Shown: piece after piece, positions 10,224 through 19,684 of the stretch | Layout of the letters: every line of letters starts with the position of its first letter | Position numbering within the stretch: position 1 is the stretch's first letter | Assembly: GCA_034530615.2 (NCBI GenBank) | Contig: JAVRCV020000075.1 | Coordinates: forward strand, 1-56,224 | Source of the DNA: Aulosira sp. ZfuVER01 | Lineage (GTDB): Bacteria > Cyanobacteriota > Cyanobacteriia > Cyanobacteriales > Nostocaceae | Reading direction: 5' to 3' | DNA: 56,224 nucleotides | Translations under genes and position numbers: made by a program | The notes under the pieces: generated by a model | Databases searched by the model: none | Seen by the model: only the letters and a program-made list of their open reading frames with translations | What the model was told of the DNA's origin: nothing

Positions 10224-11549
10224 GTGTCTCAAGTAGTCTTAGAAAATATTTATAAAAGTTTTCCCCCTCGCAAGGGGGAAAGTATCGCCTCGCCCACCCC
10301 ATCATCCTTATCCTCTGGTAAGAAAACTGATGCACAGCGAGAGCGTGCAGATAATATCAATGTCCTGCGGCGGATTAACTTAACAATCGCCGATGGGGAG
10401 TTTATGGTACTGGTGGGGCCTTCTGGTTGCGGTAAAAGTACCCTACTGCGGTTAATTGCTGGTTTGGAAGTGATGACTGGCGGCAATATTTGGGTAGGCG
10501 ATCGCTTAATCAACGATCTCCCTCCCAAAGAACGAGACATTGCAATGGTGTTTCAAAACTACGCCCTTTATCCCCACATGTCAGTGTATGACAACATCGC
10601 CTTTGGGCTGCGCCGCCGTTTTGGTGATGGGGAGCAAGGAAGCAAGGAAGCAGAGGGAGAAAACACCTCATCTCAATATTTTCAACGATTGGCTGAGAAT
10701 CTCTTTGTGGGGATGACGCGATCGCTACCTAAAGGACTCCGCTATATTTCTGACAAGGAACGGGAAGTAGAGCAGCGGGTGCGGAATGTTGCTCAATTGT
10801 TACAAATTGAAGCCCTGCTCAATCGCTTACCCAAACAGCTATCTGGGGGACAAAGACAAAGAGTTGCATTAGGAAGAGCGATCGCCCGCAATCCTCAAGT
10901 ATTTTTAATGGATGAGCCGCTTTCTAATTTAGATGCGAAATTACGTGCAGAAACTCGCGCGCAAATTGTCAAATTACAGCGCCAGTTGGGGACTACGACA
11001 ATTTACGTCACCCACGATCAAACCGAAGCAATGACAATGGGCGATCGCATTGCGATTATGAATCTTGGACAAATTCAACAAGTTGCTTCCCCTTTAGAAC
11101 TTTACAACCGTCCAGCCAATCGTTTTGTTGCCGAATTCATCGGTTCGCCGCCCATGAATTTTATTCCTGTGGAATTTCATGCTCCTCTATTAATCACCCA
11201 TTCCCAATTTCGTTTTACACTCCCAGAAATTTGGGGAACCGCCCTCCAAAAATATGATGGGCAAACTCTCATTTTAGGCGTTCGCCCAGAACACTTGAGC
11301 TTGAGTGTACCCGCTACCAAAAATCTACCCGTGCAAGTAGATTTAGTAGAAAACTTAGGCAACGATAGTTTTATTAGCGCCAGACTTGGTGAACCTGGCT
11401 CTTCTAGTAACAGTGGTGATTACCTACAAGTACGAGTTCCACCAGAAAGATTAGTTAGTGTTGGCGATCAATTATGGTTATCACTAATTACAGATAAAAT
11501 TCACTTTTTTGACCCTGAAACTGATTTAGCAATATTTCCTACTGCATAA
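10224..11549 (+). CDS. Sugar ABC transporter ATP-binding protein (MalK/UgpC family)
   Basis: [38 protein letters not shown]-terminal TOBE-like region. Confidence 0.95.
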   Translation: MSQVVLENIYKSFPPRKGESIASPTPSSLSSGKKTDAQRERADNINVLRRINLTIADGEFMVLVGPSGCGKSTLLRLIAGLEVMTGGNIWVGDRLINDLPPKERDIAMVFQNYALYPHMSVYDNIAFGLRRRFGDGEQGSKEAEGENTSSQYFQRLAENLFVGMTRSLPKGLRYISDKEREVEQRVRNVAQLLQIEALLNRLPKQLSGGQRQRVALGRAIARNPQVFLMDEPLSNLDAKLRAETRAQIVKLQRQLGTTTIYVTHDQTEAMTMGDRIAIMNLGQIQQVASPLELYNRPANRFVAEFIGSPPMNFIPVEFHAPLLITHSQFRFTLPEIWGTALQKYDGQTLILGVRPEHLSLSVPATKNLPVQVDLVENLGNDSFISARLGEPGSSSNSGDYLQVRVPPERLVSVGDQLWLSLITDKIHFFDPETDLAIFPTA

Positions 11550-11624
11550 GTCGTTATTATCGGCGGTTAAACATTAATTTATTTAGCAAATGTAGAGAAT
11601 TCAGTATTTATTGCTGAATTCTTT

Positions 11625-12545
11625 TTACAAGAACCTCTCTAATAATTCTTGTCGCGATAATTGCACTAATAAAGGAGTAAATTCTTCTGGTGATAAGAGC
11701 AATAAAGGTTCAATTATTCGGCTTAACTCTCCATCTAAATCACCAAACCGAACTTGTAACAGATTCTCTATAACTTGACGACGTTCTGCATTAATTCCTT
11801 CTTGAATTCCTTCTTGAATTCCTTCTTGAATTCCTTCTTGTTTAGATTCCGCTAATTTTTGCTCGTAAATAGGTGATAAGCGCATAATTAACTCTCTGTC
11901 CTCTTGGTCTATATTTTGATTTACTTCCAAGGTAGTCTTCAAATTCAATAATAAATCGATTGCTTTGGCACGTAAGGGATTACTTTGGGGAAGTGCTTCT
12001 AGTTCATCTATAGCTTGTTGCTGGACTCTTCCCTTACCTAAGATTCTCAACCATAATGTTTCTTCTGTACTAGGTAGTTGATGAATTGCCACAATAGCTG
12101 TTCTGAAATAATCTCCTAAAAAATGTACTCCTACTCCCCAGTTTTCTACATCTATGCTCGTTCTAAAACCATTCAATATACCTTCAGACGCAGTAGGTGA
12201 CAAAATCCACAACTTTGGTAACTCTGATTCGATAATTTGCTTTTTTTCGACTTTTGATTGACGCTTTAAATCAGCAAATATATCAAATAACTTATTCATA
12301 CAACTGCGAATCTCCGCAATTGTAGCCGCATTTCTAAAGGGTTCAATTAATGCAGTTTCAGCCGCCAGTTTTCCTAGCAACCCTAATTTTATTGTATCGC
12401 TTGTTAATTGGGGTGCAGGTGTAAAATACACATCTATCTCTCGGATTTCCGCTGCTACTTTCCGACTGGTTTCCACTTCTCCCAAAGGTTGTAACAATTC
12501 CTGAAGATAATCTTTGGCAAACTGGTCGTAGGGGAACCTGGTCAT
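11625..12545 (-). CDS. Rpn/YhgA-like PD-(D/E)XK-fold protein with QEGI repeats and a DUF4351-like tail
   Basis: YDQFAKDYL...EIDVYF...LIEPF N-terminus; (QEGI)4 then LLQVRFGDL tail. Confidence 0.65.
   Translation of the reverse strand: MTRFPYDQFAKDYLQELLQPLGEVETSRKVAAEIREIDVYFTPAPQLTSDTIKLGLLGKLAAETALIEPFRNAATIAEIRSCMNKLFDIFADLKRQSKVEKKQIIESELPKLWILSPTASEGILNGFRTSIDVENWGVGVHFLGDYFRTAIVAIHQLPSTEETLWLRILGKGRVQQQAIDELEALPQSNPLRAKAIDLLLNLKTTLEVNQNIDQEDRELIMRLSPIYEQKLAESKQEGIQEGIQEGIQEGINAERRQVIENLLQVRFGDLDGELSRIIEPLLLLSPEEFTPLLVQLSRQELLERFL
11793..11840. repeat. Four perfect 12-bp tandem repeats (AATTCCTTCTTG) coding QEGI
   Basis: Directly visible. Confidence 0.95.
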
Positions 12546-12679
12546 TAGCTAATTTTGTGGCTGTACCAATATTTTACATGAGTGCGTAGACGCTAGCGAT
12601 TTGTCATAAGACATCACCTAATGCTTATCTTTAAAATACGAGAAGTTTGTAAACACTTAGCTATAAGGCAGTTGTGGTC

Positions 12680-12864
12680 GGGAGCATCTCACTTTTTTAC
12701 AGATTTCGTCATTGCGAGCGAAGCGAAGCAATCGCAATGTATTAGGCTAAAAACGAGTCCGTGCGATTGCTACCCTTCGGGAAGCCGCTGCGCGTCTGCG
12801 TCGTTCCTCCTCGCAATGACAATTTTATTTTTTTATCATTAAAAAATAAAACTGGGATGCACCC
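12680..12864. mobile_element. MITE-like palindromic element with nested small repeat
   Basis: Terminal IR GGGAGCATCTCA/TGGGATGCACCC; inner IRs GTCATTGCGAG/CTCGCAATGAC and AGCAATCGCA/TGCGATTGCT; related end at 38711-38770. Confidence 0.75.
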
Positions 12865-12967
12865 ATTTTGGTCTTTGACACCACTTGCTAACCTTCACTA
12901 AGTCACCCCTGCTGCCAGCGTCGTTACCGCTTCGCTAACACGAAAGCGTCTACCGATGTCTATTAAT

Positions 12968-12996
12968 AAAACTCTCACCTTTATGGTGAGAGTTTT
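12968..12996. terminator. Bidirectional intrinsic terminator-like hairpin
   Basis: AAAACTCTCACC-TTTAT-GGTGAGAGTTTT downstream of the 13097-13321 gene. Confidence 0.7.
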
Positions 12997-13096
12997 GATT
13001 ACGCGCAATTGTTTTGTAACCTATAGGCTATAAGAGTAATTTAGAGGTAATTAAAAGCTAGACATAGCATTTTTTCCTCTTTTCGCTTCAGCTAAA

Positions 13097-13321
13097 TTAA
13101 ATTCTCACATAGTGAGCAGGAACCCATCGTCTACCATGTTTTGTTTGTTCCCAATGTCCAGGAATCAACTTCTGGTGAACAATTGGACGTGGACGGACAA
13201 CAACATTATTTGTATGAACAACTGGTCTGACAATAATTTGTGCTGCTGATGCCTGTGATGGTAGAGAAGCAACTGCAAGAGGTAAAGCAAGTAACGTACC
13301 AGCTAAGATGCGTTTCATCAT
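13097..13321 (-). CDS. Small secreted protein with PGHW/WVPAHY (YXWGXW-like) motifs
   Basis: AGGAG RBS, signal peptide MMKRILAGTLLALPLAVASLPSQASA, IPGHW...RWVPAHY. Confidence 0.75.
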   Translation of the reverse strand: MMKRILAGTLLALPLAVASLPSQASAAQIIVRPVVHTNNVVVRPRPIVHQKLIPGHWEQTKHGRRWVPAHYVRI

Positions 13322-13707
13322 TCAATCTCCTGTCGGTTAATTTTGGGTTATTTTTCTACAGCATTCCTAACAATTTTTTCAACAAATACCTTCAGATAAC
13401 ACATCAGAAATCAAGCTTTTTCGCAGTAAAAAATCCTAGCGATATCAAGGTTTTTGCTTGTTTATTTATTAATTAAGATTGGCTGTATTAGTCTAAATAT
13501 AAAACATGAATTTATGATTATGTATGGGAAAAAAGTTAGAGTTTGGCTAGGAGTAAAGTCATAATTTAGAAAACCACATTTTTTGATAAGTATGTTAGTA
13601 ACAGTGGGAAAAATAGAATCAAAATAATTTGAATATATCAAATTTGCCATCAAAAAATTAATTTTGCAGTAAAAAATGCACTTCATGTTGGTGATGAGTG
13701 CAATTAG

Positions 13708-13824
13708 TAAGTAAGTCGGTGGGAAAAAACAAAACTAAGTTAAGAAAAGTAAACAAAGCTAGAATCCTCTTCTCTTTTTCCTCCTGCCTTGTCATAACGA
13801 TAATTTTTAACACTAAGCTACTTA
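13708..13824. mobile_element. Degenerate MITE-like element
   Basis: Imperfect terminal IR TAAGTAAGTCGGTG / CACTAAGCTACTTA. Confidence 0.4.
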
Positions 13825-13958
13825 ATATTGTCTTTTAGGTTCTAAGAAAATACCTTTTATTACTAATAGATTTTTTACTGACAGTCCTATCAGCAATTTG
13901 AAGGATTTTTTAAAAGTCCTTAGTGATATATTAAATACTTTTATATACGCCTAAAGTT

Positions 13959-14012
13959 GGGGAACCCGCACAACGCAGTGGTTCCCCTTTAAAAGGTGGG
14001 CTAGGGGGTATC
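13959..14012. repeat. GC-rich palindromic small dispersed repeat
   Basis: GGGGAACC...GGTTCCCC hairpin followed by a GC-rich tail in AT-rich context; similar start at 51042. Confidence 0.5.
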
Positions 14013-14071
14013 TATAGATGAACGCAAATTATGTTAACAAACCTCAAAAATCATGTGCATAATTAATTTGA

Positions 14072-14539
14072 TTAACGTTCCCCCCGCGATTCACGATGTT
14101 GTTTCATTTTGGCTTGCTGCTCTGGGGTAAGAATTGCTTGAAATTCTTGCCTTTGATTGCGTTGAATGTCGCGAATTTTTTGTTTTTGCTCAGCTGATAA
14201 ATTGAGCGATCGCAATACCCGCATTGGCGATTTCTGCTGATCCTGAGATGCAGCTTTAAATTTTTCTTGTTGCTCTGAATTCAAAAGAGCAAGTATTTTT
14301 GCCTGAGTTTGCTCTCCTATCTGTTTTGCTTTTGCTTTTTGCGTATCGGTTAAATTGAGGTCAGGTATTCTATCTGATGCTGTAGCTATTCCTCCTGTTG
14401 TCAGAGAAGAATTTGTAGCCTCCTCAGTAGAGTTATTGGGAGGAACCGATCCACTAGGTGAAGATAATTGACAACCCGCAGCTAGAATTGCGATTGTAGC
14501 TGCGCCTAATATCAGTTTGAAATTAGTTTTATACGCCAT
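14072..14539 (-). CDS. Spy/CpxP-family (LTXXQ) periplasmic chaperone lipoprotein
   Basis: AGGAG RBS, lipobox LAAGC, LNLTDTQK, LNLSAEQK, ILTPEQQ motifs. Confidence 0.85.
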   Translation of the reverse strand: MAYKTNFKLILGAATIAILAAGCQLSSPSGSVPPNNSTEEATNSSLTTGGIATASDRIPDLNLTDTQKAKAKQIGEQTQAKILALLNSEQQEKFKAASQDQQKSPMRVLRSLNLSAEQKQKIRDIQRNQRQEFQAILTPEQQAKMKQHRESRGER

Positions 14540-14558
14540 GAGTATATCTCCTGTTGAA

Positions 14559-14757
14559 TTGAAGAAGGCAGGAGGCAGAGGGCAGAAGGTTTCGTTCAGA
14601 TGAGGATTCAAAACCCCACCTGAACGAGAGCCACCAAATTGAAAATTTGCTGGGAGTCTTCAACCCTTCCTTCCTCCGGTCGCGCAGACGGTTCGGGCAA
14701 TCAGAGAAGGAATAAATACCTTCAGCATAGCTGCCCTCTGCCTGCTACCTTTCTTGA
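14559..14757. mobile_element. MITE-like structured element
   Basis: Terminal IR AAGAAGGCAGGAGGCAGAGGGCAG / CTGCCCTCTGCCTGCTACCTTTCTT; internal hairpins TCGTTCAG..CTGAACGA and TTCCTTCTC..GAGAAGGAA. Confidence 0.7.
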
Positions 14758-15359
14758 TAAGAATAAGCTACATTCAAGCAACTAAAAGTTACTTACGAAA
14801 GTGAGAAATTGATTATATTTTCTTCGGTGTTTAGCTACAAAATTGCTAGTTATGAGTTGCCATGTTTTGATTTTCTGCACTCAATTTACTATTAACACTT
14901 ATTTTTAGCAAAACTATTTATGACTATAGTCATAAATATAACCATGACTTTTTGCACAAAATTTAACTACTGGCGTGACAAGGCTAAAATGTTGCAATAA
15001 AGAATGTTCGTAGTTGCGCTTTAGCGCCCTATCAATTAGAACTATAATGCACAACTTTAGGCTGGACACGCTACTACTATCACTTATAAAATAAGTATTA
15101 ATAAAATGACCGTTATATTTAATACTTCGACCAAAAAACAATAAGAAGAAATAGGGCTGATTTAGTAGATTTATTGTCTTTCAAAACGACAACTCAAAAA
15201 CCACAAACAGTCGATGTTCGACATAGTAACAACGTTACAATCCTGAATAATGCAAATAAATGCTACAACTATGAAGCAATTAAACAGAATTTTAAGTTTT
15301 AGCGAAAGTTGTCTGCAAACCGCTATACTATCGCTGGAAAGTAGTATGCAAAAAATAAT

Positions 15360-15854
15360 ATGGTGCGGCTAGTGCAAGAGGGCAGAAGGAAAGAAAGCTT
15401 ATTTGACAATATGTTTAACCCTTTTCAACTAAATATTTATCTTCGTCCAGCTGCACTAGTATTGACAGCAATCTTATTCATGCTATTGACAGCTTGTGGT
15501 AATATTGGGCTGCTACCAACTAGCCAGTTAGTGCAAAAAGCGATCGCACTGCAACTAGAACAAACTCAACAACAACTTAACCAAAAGCTGGATCTAGATT
15601 TCCAAGGCTTTGATATTAAACGGCTATCAATTACCGAGGAAAAATCCCTAACAATTCAAAGTTTGCCAGCTTTCCGGGTGCGGGGAAACTATGACTTAAT
15701 TATCAAATTGCCCAAAAGACGCTTGACGCAACTGCAACAACCGTTTGAAGTTTATTTGCAAATTCAGCAAGAAGGTAAAACTTGGCGACTGCTGCTACCA
15801 GAAAGGATTGGTAAAGATACTCAACCCATTTGGCATAGTTACCTTATTCTCTAG
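15360..15854 (+). CDS. Hypothetical lipoprotein
   Basis: Hydrophobic stretch ending in lipobox LTAC; start uncertain. Confidence 0.75.
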   Translation: MVRLVQEGRRKESLFDNMFNPFQLNIYLRPAALVLTAILFMLLTACGNIGLLPTSQLVQKAIALQLEQTQQQLNQKLDLDFQGFDIKRLSITEEKSLTIQSLPAFRVRGNYDLIIKLPKRRLTQLQQPFEVYLQIQQEGKTWRLLLPERIGKDTQPIWHSYLIL

Positions 15855-15950
15855 CTGGATGTGCAACTATAAAAACCATCACATAATTTCCGTATAACTG
15901 CCCATATCTAGACATCATCGAGGTAATAGTTTTACTGGGGGCAAGGGAAG

Positions 15951-16724
15951 ATGTATATTAACTTTTTCATCAGTTCCATTGTGGGAATTGTTGTTTTAGT
16001 GCTGACGGCCTTCGGTTTACTGCAATGGTTGCACATACCCGCAGGTAGCTTTCTTGACTGGGTAATTGGTGGCGCAAGTTTTTGGTGGCTGTTGGTAATT
16101 GTTACCGTACCGTGGAATGTGCATTTTCAGGCTAAAGAAGTCTTAGCAGAAGCAGCACAGTCGATAGAAAAGCGGATTCCTGTAGATGAGAAGCAATTAA
16201 AGTATGTCAGGATTTTAGCCAAGCGATCGCTTTGGGTGGCTTTAGCCTTACATTTATTCTCAGCTATTGGGCTGTATACACTCGCGGCTACTGGTATTAG
16301 TACTGTAGGCTACATTAGTTCCGGTGCAGCCTTACTATTAACAATCCTCCGTCCCGCCATCCGTGCTTATGAGTACTTGTACGCCAGATTGACGATGATT
16401 CGCCAAGAATGGAAATATCCGCGTGAAGATATTGTCGAATTGCGCGATCGCTTTTCTGTCTTAGAACAAAAAGTGCAGCGCTTAGAAGAACTAATCGATG
16501 CAGAACAACCCTACTCAATTCCGGCAACGCAACAACGCTTTAGTGAGGAAACCCGCAAAGACTTAGCTAGAATTGCCGCTAATTTAGAAGAATTACGCGC
16601 TACAAACCAAACCGAACACGAACGTCTGTCGCGGGAAGCCAGAAATGCGATCGCTCAACTTTCTACTGATGGGCAATTTCTCGATCATGTACGCGAAATT
16701 ATCCGATTTTTCAAAACTGTATAA
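15951..16724 (+). CDS. Hypothetical membrane protein with C-terminal coiled coil
   Basis: About 4 hydrophobic helices followed by a heptad-rich region. Confidence 0.85.
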   Translation: MYINFFISSIVGIVVLVLTAFGLLQWLHIPAGSFLDWVIGGASFWWLLVIVTVPWNVHFQAKEVLAEAAQSIEKRIPVDEKQLKYVRILAKRSLWVALALHLFSAIGLYTLAATGISTVGYISSGAALLLTILRPAIRAYEYLYARLTMIRQEWKYPREDIVELRDRFSVLEQKVQRLEELIDAEQPYSIPATQQRFSEETRKDLARIAANLEELRATNQTEHERLSREARNAIAQLSTDGQFLDHVREIIRFFKTV

Positions 16725-16797
16725 TCCTTTCAACTAAACAATAAAGTAGCTTACAACACAACACCTTAAAAGTGCTTTCCCTGCATAGAATGAGAAT

Positions 16798-16925
16798 TTA
16801 TTAGGGGTCAAACCCCACAGGGGCTTGATACACTAGCGCATCATCAACGCTTTGCGTAAGATGATGCTTCCACAAATACCGATAACACCAGCGCCAGCTT
16901 TTACACCGTATTCACTGGCGCTTTT
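16798..16925 (+). ncRNA. Candidate small structured RNA
   Basis: TAGAAT -10-like at 16786-16791, three hairpins, the last followed by T residues. Confidence 0.3.
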
Positions 16926-17113
16926 ATTGTAACTATGACTAACCGTGAAAGTGCAGATGTACCTCACCCTCCAGTGGCTGTATATCTAACTACAATTATG
17001 TAAATTCTAGGAGAGACTGTACGAATTAAGGGTGTAAATGCGGAGTAGACTGCGTTTACAAGCTATAAAGTAGGTGTAGATGAATCAGTAACTATATTCA
17101 GTAAAAAATCTGT

Positions 17114-17593
17114 ATGACAAGCTACCAAGAAACCCTACCCAGCAACCCACTCGTCAATGAACTACTTGTGGAAACAGCAAGCATCAACCATGTAGAAGTC
17201 ATTGAAAATGTCATCGACAGTCTAGAACAAGATGACAGTGCAATGGTTAGCCACAATCCCGATGGTAATGTGCTGTGGAAGTTTAAATATGGCAGTGTCG
17301 AAGTATTTGTTCAACTCAGTGGTAAAACTGATGAAGATAGCATTACAGTTTGGTCTACGGTGCTAAAATTGCCCGCTAAAGATGAACCTAGATTAATGCG
17401 GCATTTATTAGAGTTGAACTGTACTAGTACTATGGAAGCCCGTTTTGGTATTATTGAAAACCAAGTTGTGGTCATCTCGACACGTACCCTAGCAGAATTA
17501 TCTCCTGGCGAAGTCTCCCGCCTAATTACGATCGTGGCAACGATCGCCGATAATAACGACGAAGCTTTACAATCTGAATTTGGTGCAGCTTGA
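17114..17593 (+). CDS. YbjN/CesT-fold domain protein
   Basis: Acidic 159-aa ORF, WKFKYGSVEVFV...LLELN...ARFGI. Confidence 0.82.
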   Translation: MTSYQETLPSNPLVNELLVETASINHVEVIENVIDSLEQDDSAMVSHNPDGNVLWKFKYGSVEVFVQLSGKTDEDSITVWSTVLKLPAKDEPRLMRHLLELNCTSTMEARFGIIENQVVVISTRTLAELSPGEVSRLITIVATIADNNDEALQSEFGAA

Positions 17594-17623
17594 AGAATTT
17601 GAGATTGGAGTCTGCTATATCGG

Positions 17624-18349
17624 ATGCATAGCAAGCAGTGGCGACTAATTCCTTTGCTAGAAGCTGCTGGTAATGAGCAGATGGCGATTGACCGTTGGTT
17701 GTTAGCACAGCACCAGTCGGAAAAACATCCCCCAACACTGCGGTTTTACACATGGTCGCCAGCTGCTATTTCTCTAGGCTATCATCAACGCCAATACCCA
17801 GAATTTTGGCAACATTTAATTTGGCAAGGTCAAAAACTGGATGTGGTCAGGCGTCCTACCGGCGGACGAGCAGTATTACACCAAGGTGATTTAACTTACA
17901 CTGTTGTCACATCTGGACTGAATGGCAATCGCCTGCAAGCGTACCAAAAAATTTGTGAGTTTTTGATTCAAGGTTGGCGATCGCTTGGCGTTGAATTACA
18001 CTACGGTACAGCGGGGCGAGGCTATATTCACAACCCTAACTGTTTTGGGACTGCTACAGGTGCAGATTTAGTTTTACCCAACGGGGCGAAACTCATTGGT
18101 AGTGCCCAATTGCGACGTGCTGGGGCAATTTTGCAACATGGCTCTATCCGGTTAAACCAAGATGCTGAACTATTTACTCAAGTATTTGGTACAGAATCTT
18201 GGACGAATGTGCAACTACCTCAAGGTCTAAGTGTAGAAATAATTATGACAGCTTTGATGGCTGCTGCCAGTTATTGTTTTGAGATGGAGTTAGTTGTGCA
18301 ACCTCTCTCTTCATCAGAGTGGGAGGAGATTTTGGGGTCAACGAACTAA
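17624..18349 (+). CDS. Lipoate-protein ligase A family protein
   Basis: MAIDRWLL, LRFYTW, VRRPTGGRAVLH, KLIGSAQ, LQHGSI. Confidence 0.93.
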   Translation: MHSKQWRLIPLLEAAGNEQMAIDRWLLAQHQSEKHPPTLRFYTWSPAAISLGYHQRQYPEFWQHLIWQGQKLDVVRRPTGGRAVLHQGDLTYTVVTSGLNGNRLQAYQKICEFLIQGWRSLGVELHYGTAGRGYIHNPNCFGTATGADLVLPNGAKLIGSAQLRRAGAILQHGSIRLNQDAELFTQVFGTESWTNVQLPQGLSVEIIMTALMAAASYCFEMELVVQPLSSSEWEEILGSTN

Positions 18350-18945
18350 ACAGGAACCTCTTGCAAATACCCTGCTACCACACAATCATTAATCAATTGC
18401 AGCACAAACGGCCAAAGTTCTGGTGCGCCTGTTTCTACGGGTGCTACCCGTTTCATAACTTGGTCGCGCCTGATACCATGAATGCGCCACGTTCCGCCCT
18501 TTGTGCGCTGGTTGTGCAGTAGAGGTTGTATCCGATCTAAAGCTGCGGCAAATTTAGCAGTGGGTGTTTCTCCTGCTTCAAACTCATCCCAGAGTAAACG
18601 CAACTCACTACTTATATCTGGCGGCAAAATTCCAAATAGCCGCGATGCTGCTTGTAACTCTTTCTCTGCCTTACTATAATTAGCCTGCACATCGTAGCAG
18701 AAGGTATCACCTGCATCAATTTCTACCAAATCATGAATCAGTAGCATTTTGATGGCGTGAAAGATATCAACTTCTGCGGGCGCATATTCTGCTAATGTCA
18801 TTGCCATCACTGCCAAATGCCAAGAGTGTTCTGCACTGTTTTCTTGGCGCGATCCGTCGGTGAGCAGGGTTTGACGCAGCACTTGCTTGAGGCGATCGAT
18901 TTCGATAATAAATTGAATTTGTTGCGTCAGTCGGTTAGTTTTCAC
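18346..18945 (-). CDS. HD-domain phosphohydrolase
   Basis: ENSAEHSWH, LIHDLVEIDAGD, ALDRIQP. Confidence 0.92.
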   Translation of the reverse strand: MKTNRLTQQIQFIIEIDRLKQVLRQTLLTDGSRQENSAEHSWHLAVMAMTLAEYAPAEVDIFHAIKMLLIHDLVEIDAGDTFCYDVQANYSKAEKELQAASRLFGILPPDISSELRLLWDEFEAGETPTAKFAAALDRIQPLLHNQRTKGGTWRIHGIRRDQVMKRVAPVETGAPELWPFVLQLINDCVVAGYLQEVPV

Positions 18946-18994
18946 TTGTAATTTCTCAAATCCTACCCTAATCAGCTTAACGGCTTGGCAATTT

Positions 18995-19453
18995 CTATGA
19001 CTGAATTATCTTTTGGGTATGTACATATCGAAGTTCTAGATTTGCTCGTAACCACAAATCTGTTGTTGACCAAATCCAACACTTATGAGCAGCTTCCGCA
19101 AAATTTTCTTGTTTGTGGGTAACAATTGCGTGTAGTTGACGCTGACTAACACAGACTAGTTCAACAGCAGATTCAAAGTCTTGTAAAGGTGACGATCTTG
19201 CTTGTTGTAAAATGCTATTGTCAATAGGACAAATTTGGATTTTTTCTTGTAACCAATTTACTACTAACTCTGCAATCTGAGTATTTTGGAGACAGCGAAG
19301 ATAATTGTAGATTTTCTGCCAACCAACATCTGTAATATATATTTGAATTACAGGATGGATGATATCTAATAATTTGCCAACGTCTTCTACACAGTTGTTG
19401 CGATTCATTAATGCTTCTAATATTAAATCAGCATCAACTAAAATTTTGAGCAC
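18995..19453 (-). CDS. PIN-domain protein
   Basis: KILVDADLILEAL...QDFESAVELVC...AIVTHKQENF. Confidence 0.75.
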   Translation of the reverse strand: MLKILVDADLILEALMNRNNCVEDVGKLLDIIHPVIQIYITDVGWQKIYNYLRCLQNTQIAELVVNWLQEKIQICPIDNSILQQARSSPLQDFESAVELVCVSQRQLHAIVTHKQENFAEAAHKCWIWSTTDLWLRANLELRYVHTQKIIQS

Positions 19454-19684
19454 TTTTAACCCCTATTTTTCAATGATGAATGTAGTGCCATAAACAAGCT
19501 GATACGCATTGATTAGAGTGCATCTCATTTGGAAAAAGAGATTTTTCAATAGCGCTTTAATTGGAATGACGCATAATTATTTGTTTAGTTCCAAAATAAA
19601 ATAACGTAAAATCGCCAAATTTATTATAGGTAAAATTTACATAGCATAATGCTAATTTTCAGTATTCATACAATGCCAATAAAT

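Noticed and set aside
11793..11840. Direct repeats as a possible CRISPR array
   Set aside because: 12-bp units with no spacers, coding QEGI; no cas genes in the window
12621..12842. 73-aa ORF
   Set aside because: Translation across the palindromic MITE
14540..14611. N-terminal extension of the Spy/CpxP ORF from 14611
   Set aside because: Lies in the repeat element; the RBS and signal peptide support the ATG at 14539
15226..15238. GTAACAACGTTAC palindrome as an NtcA site
   Set aside because: Spacer is 7 nt, not 8
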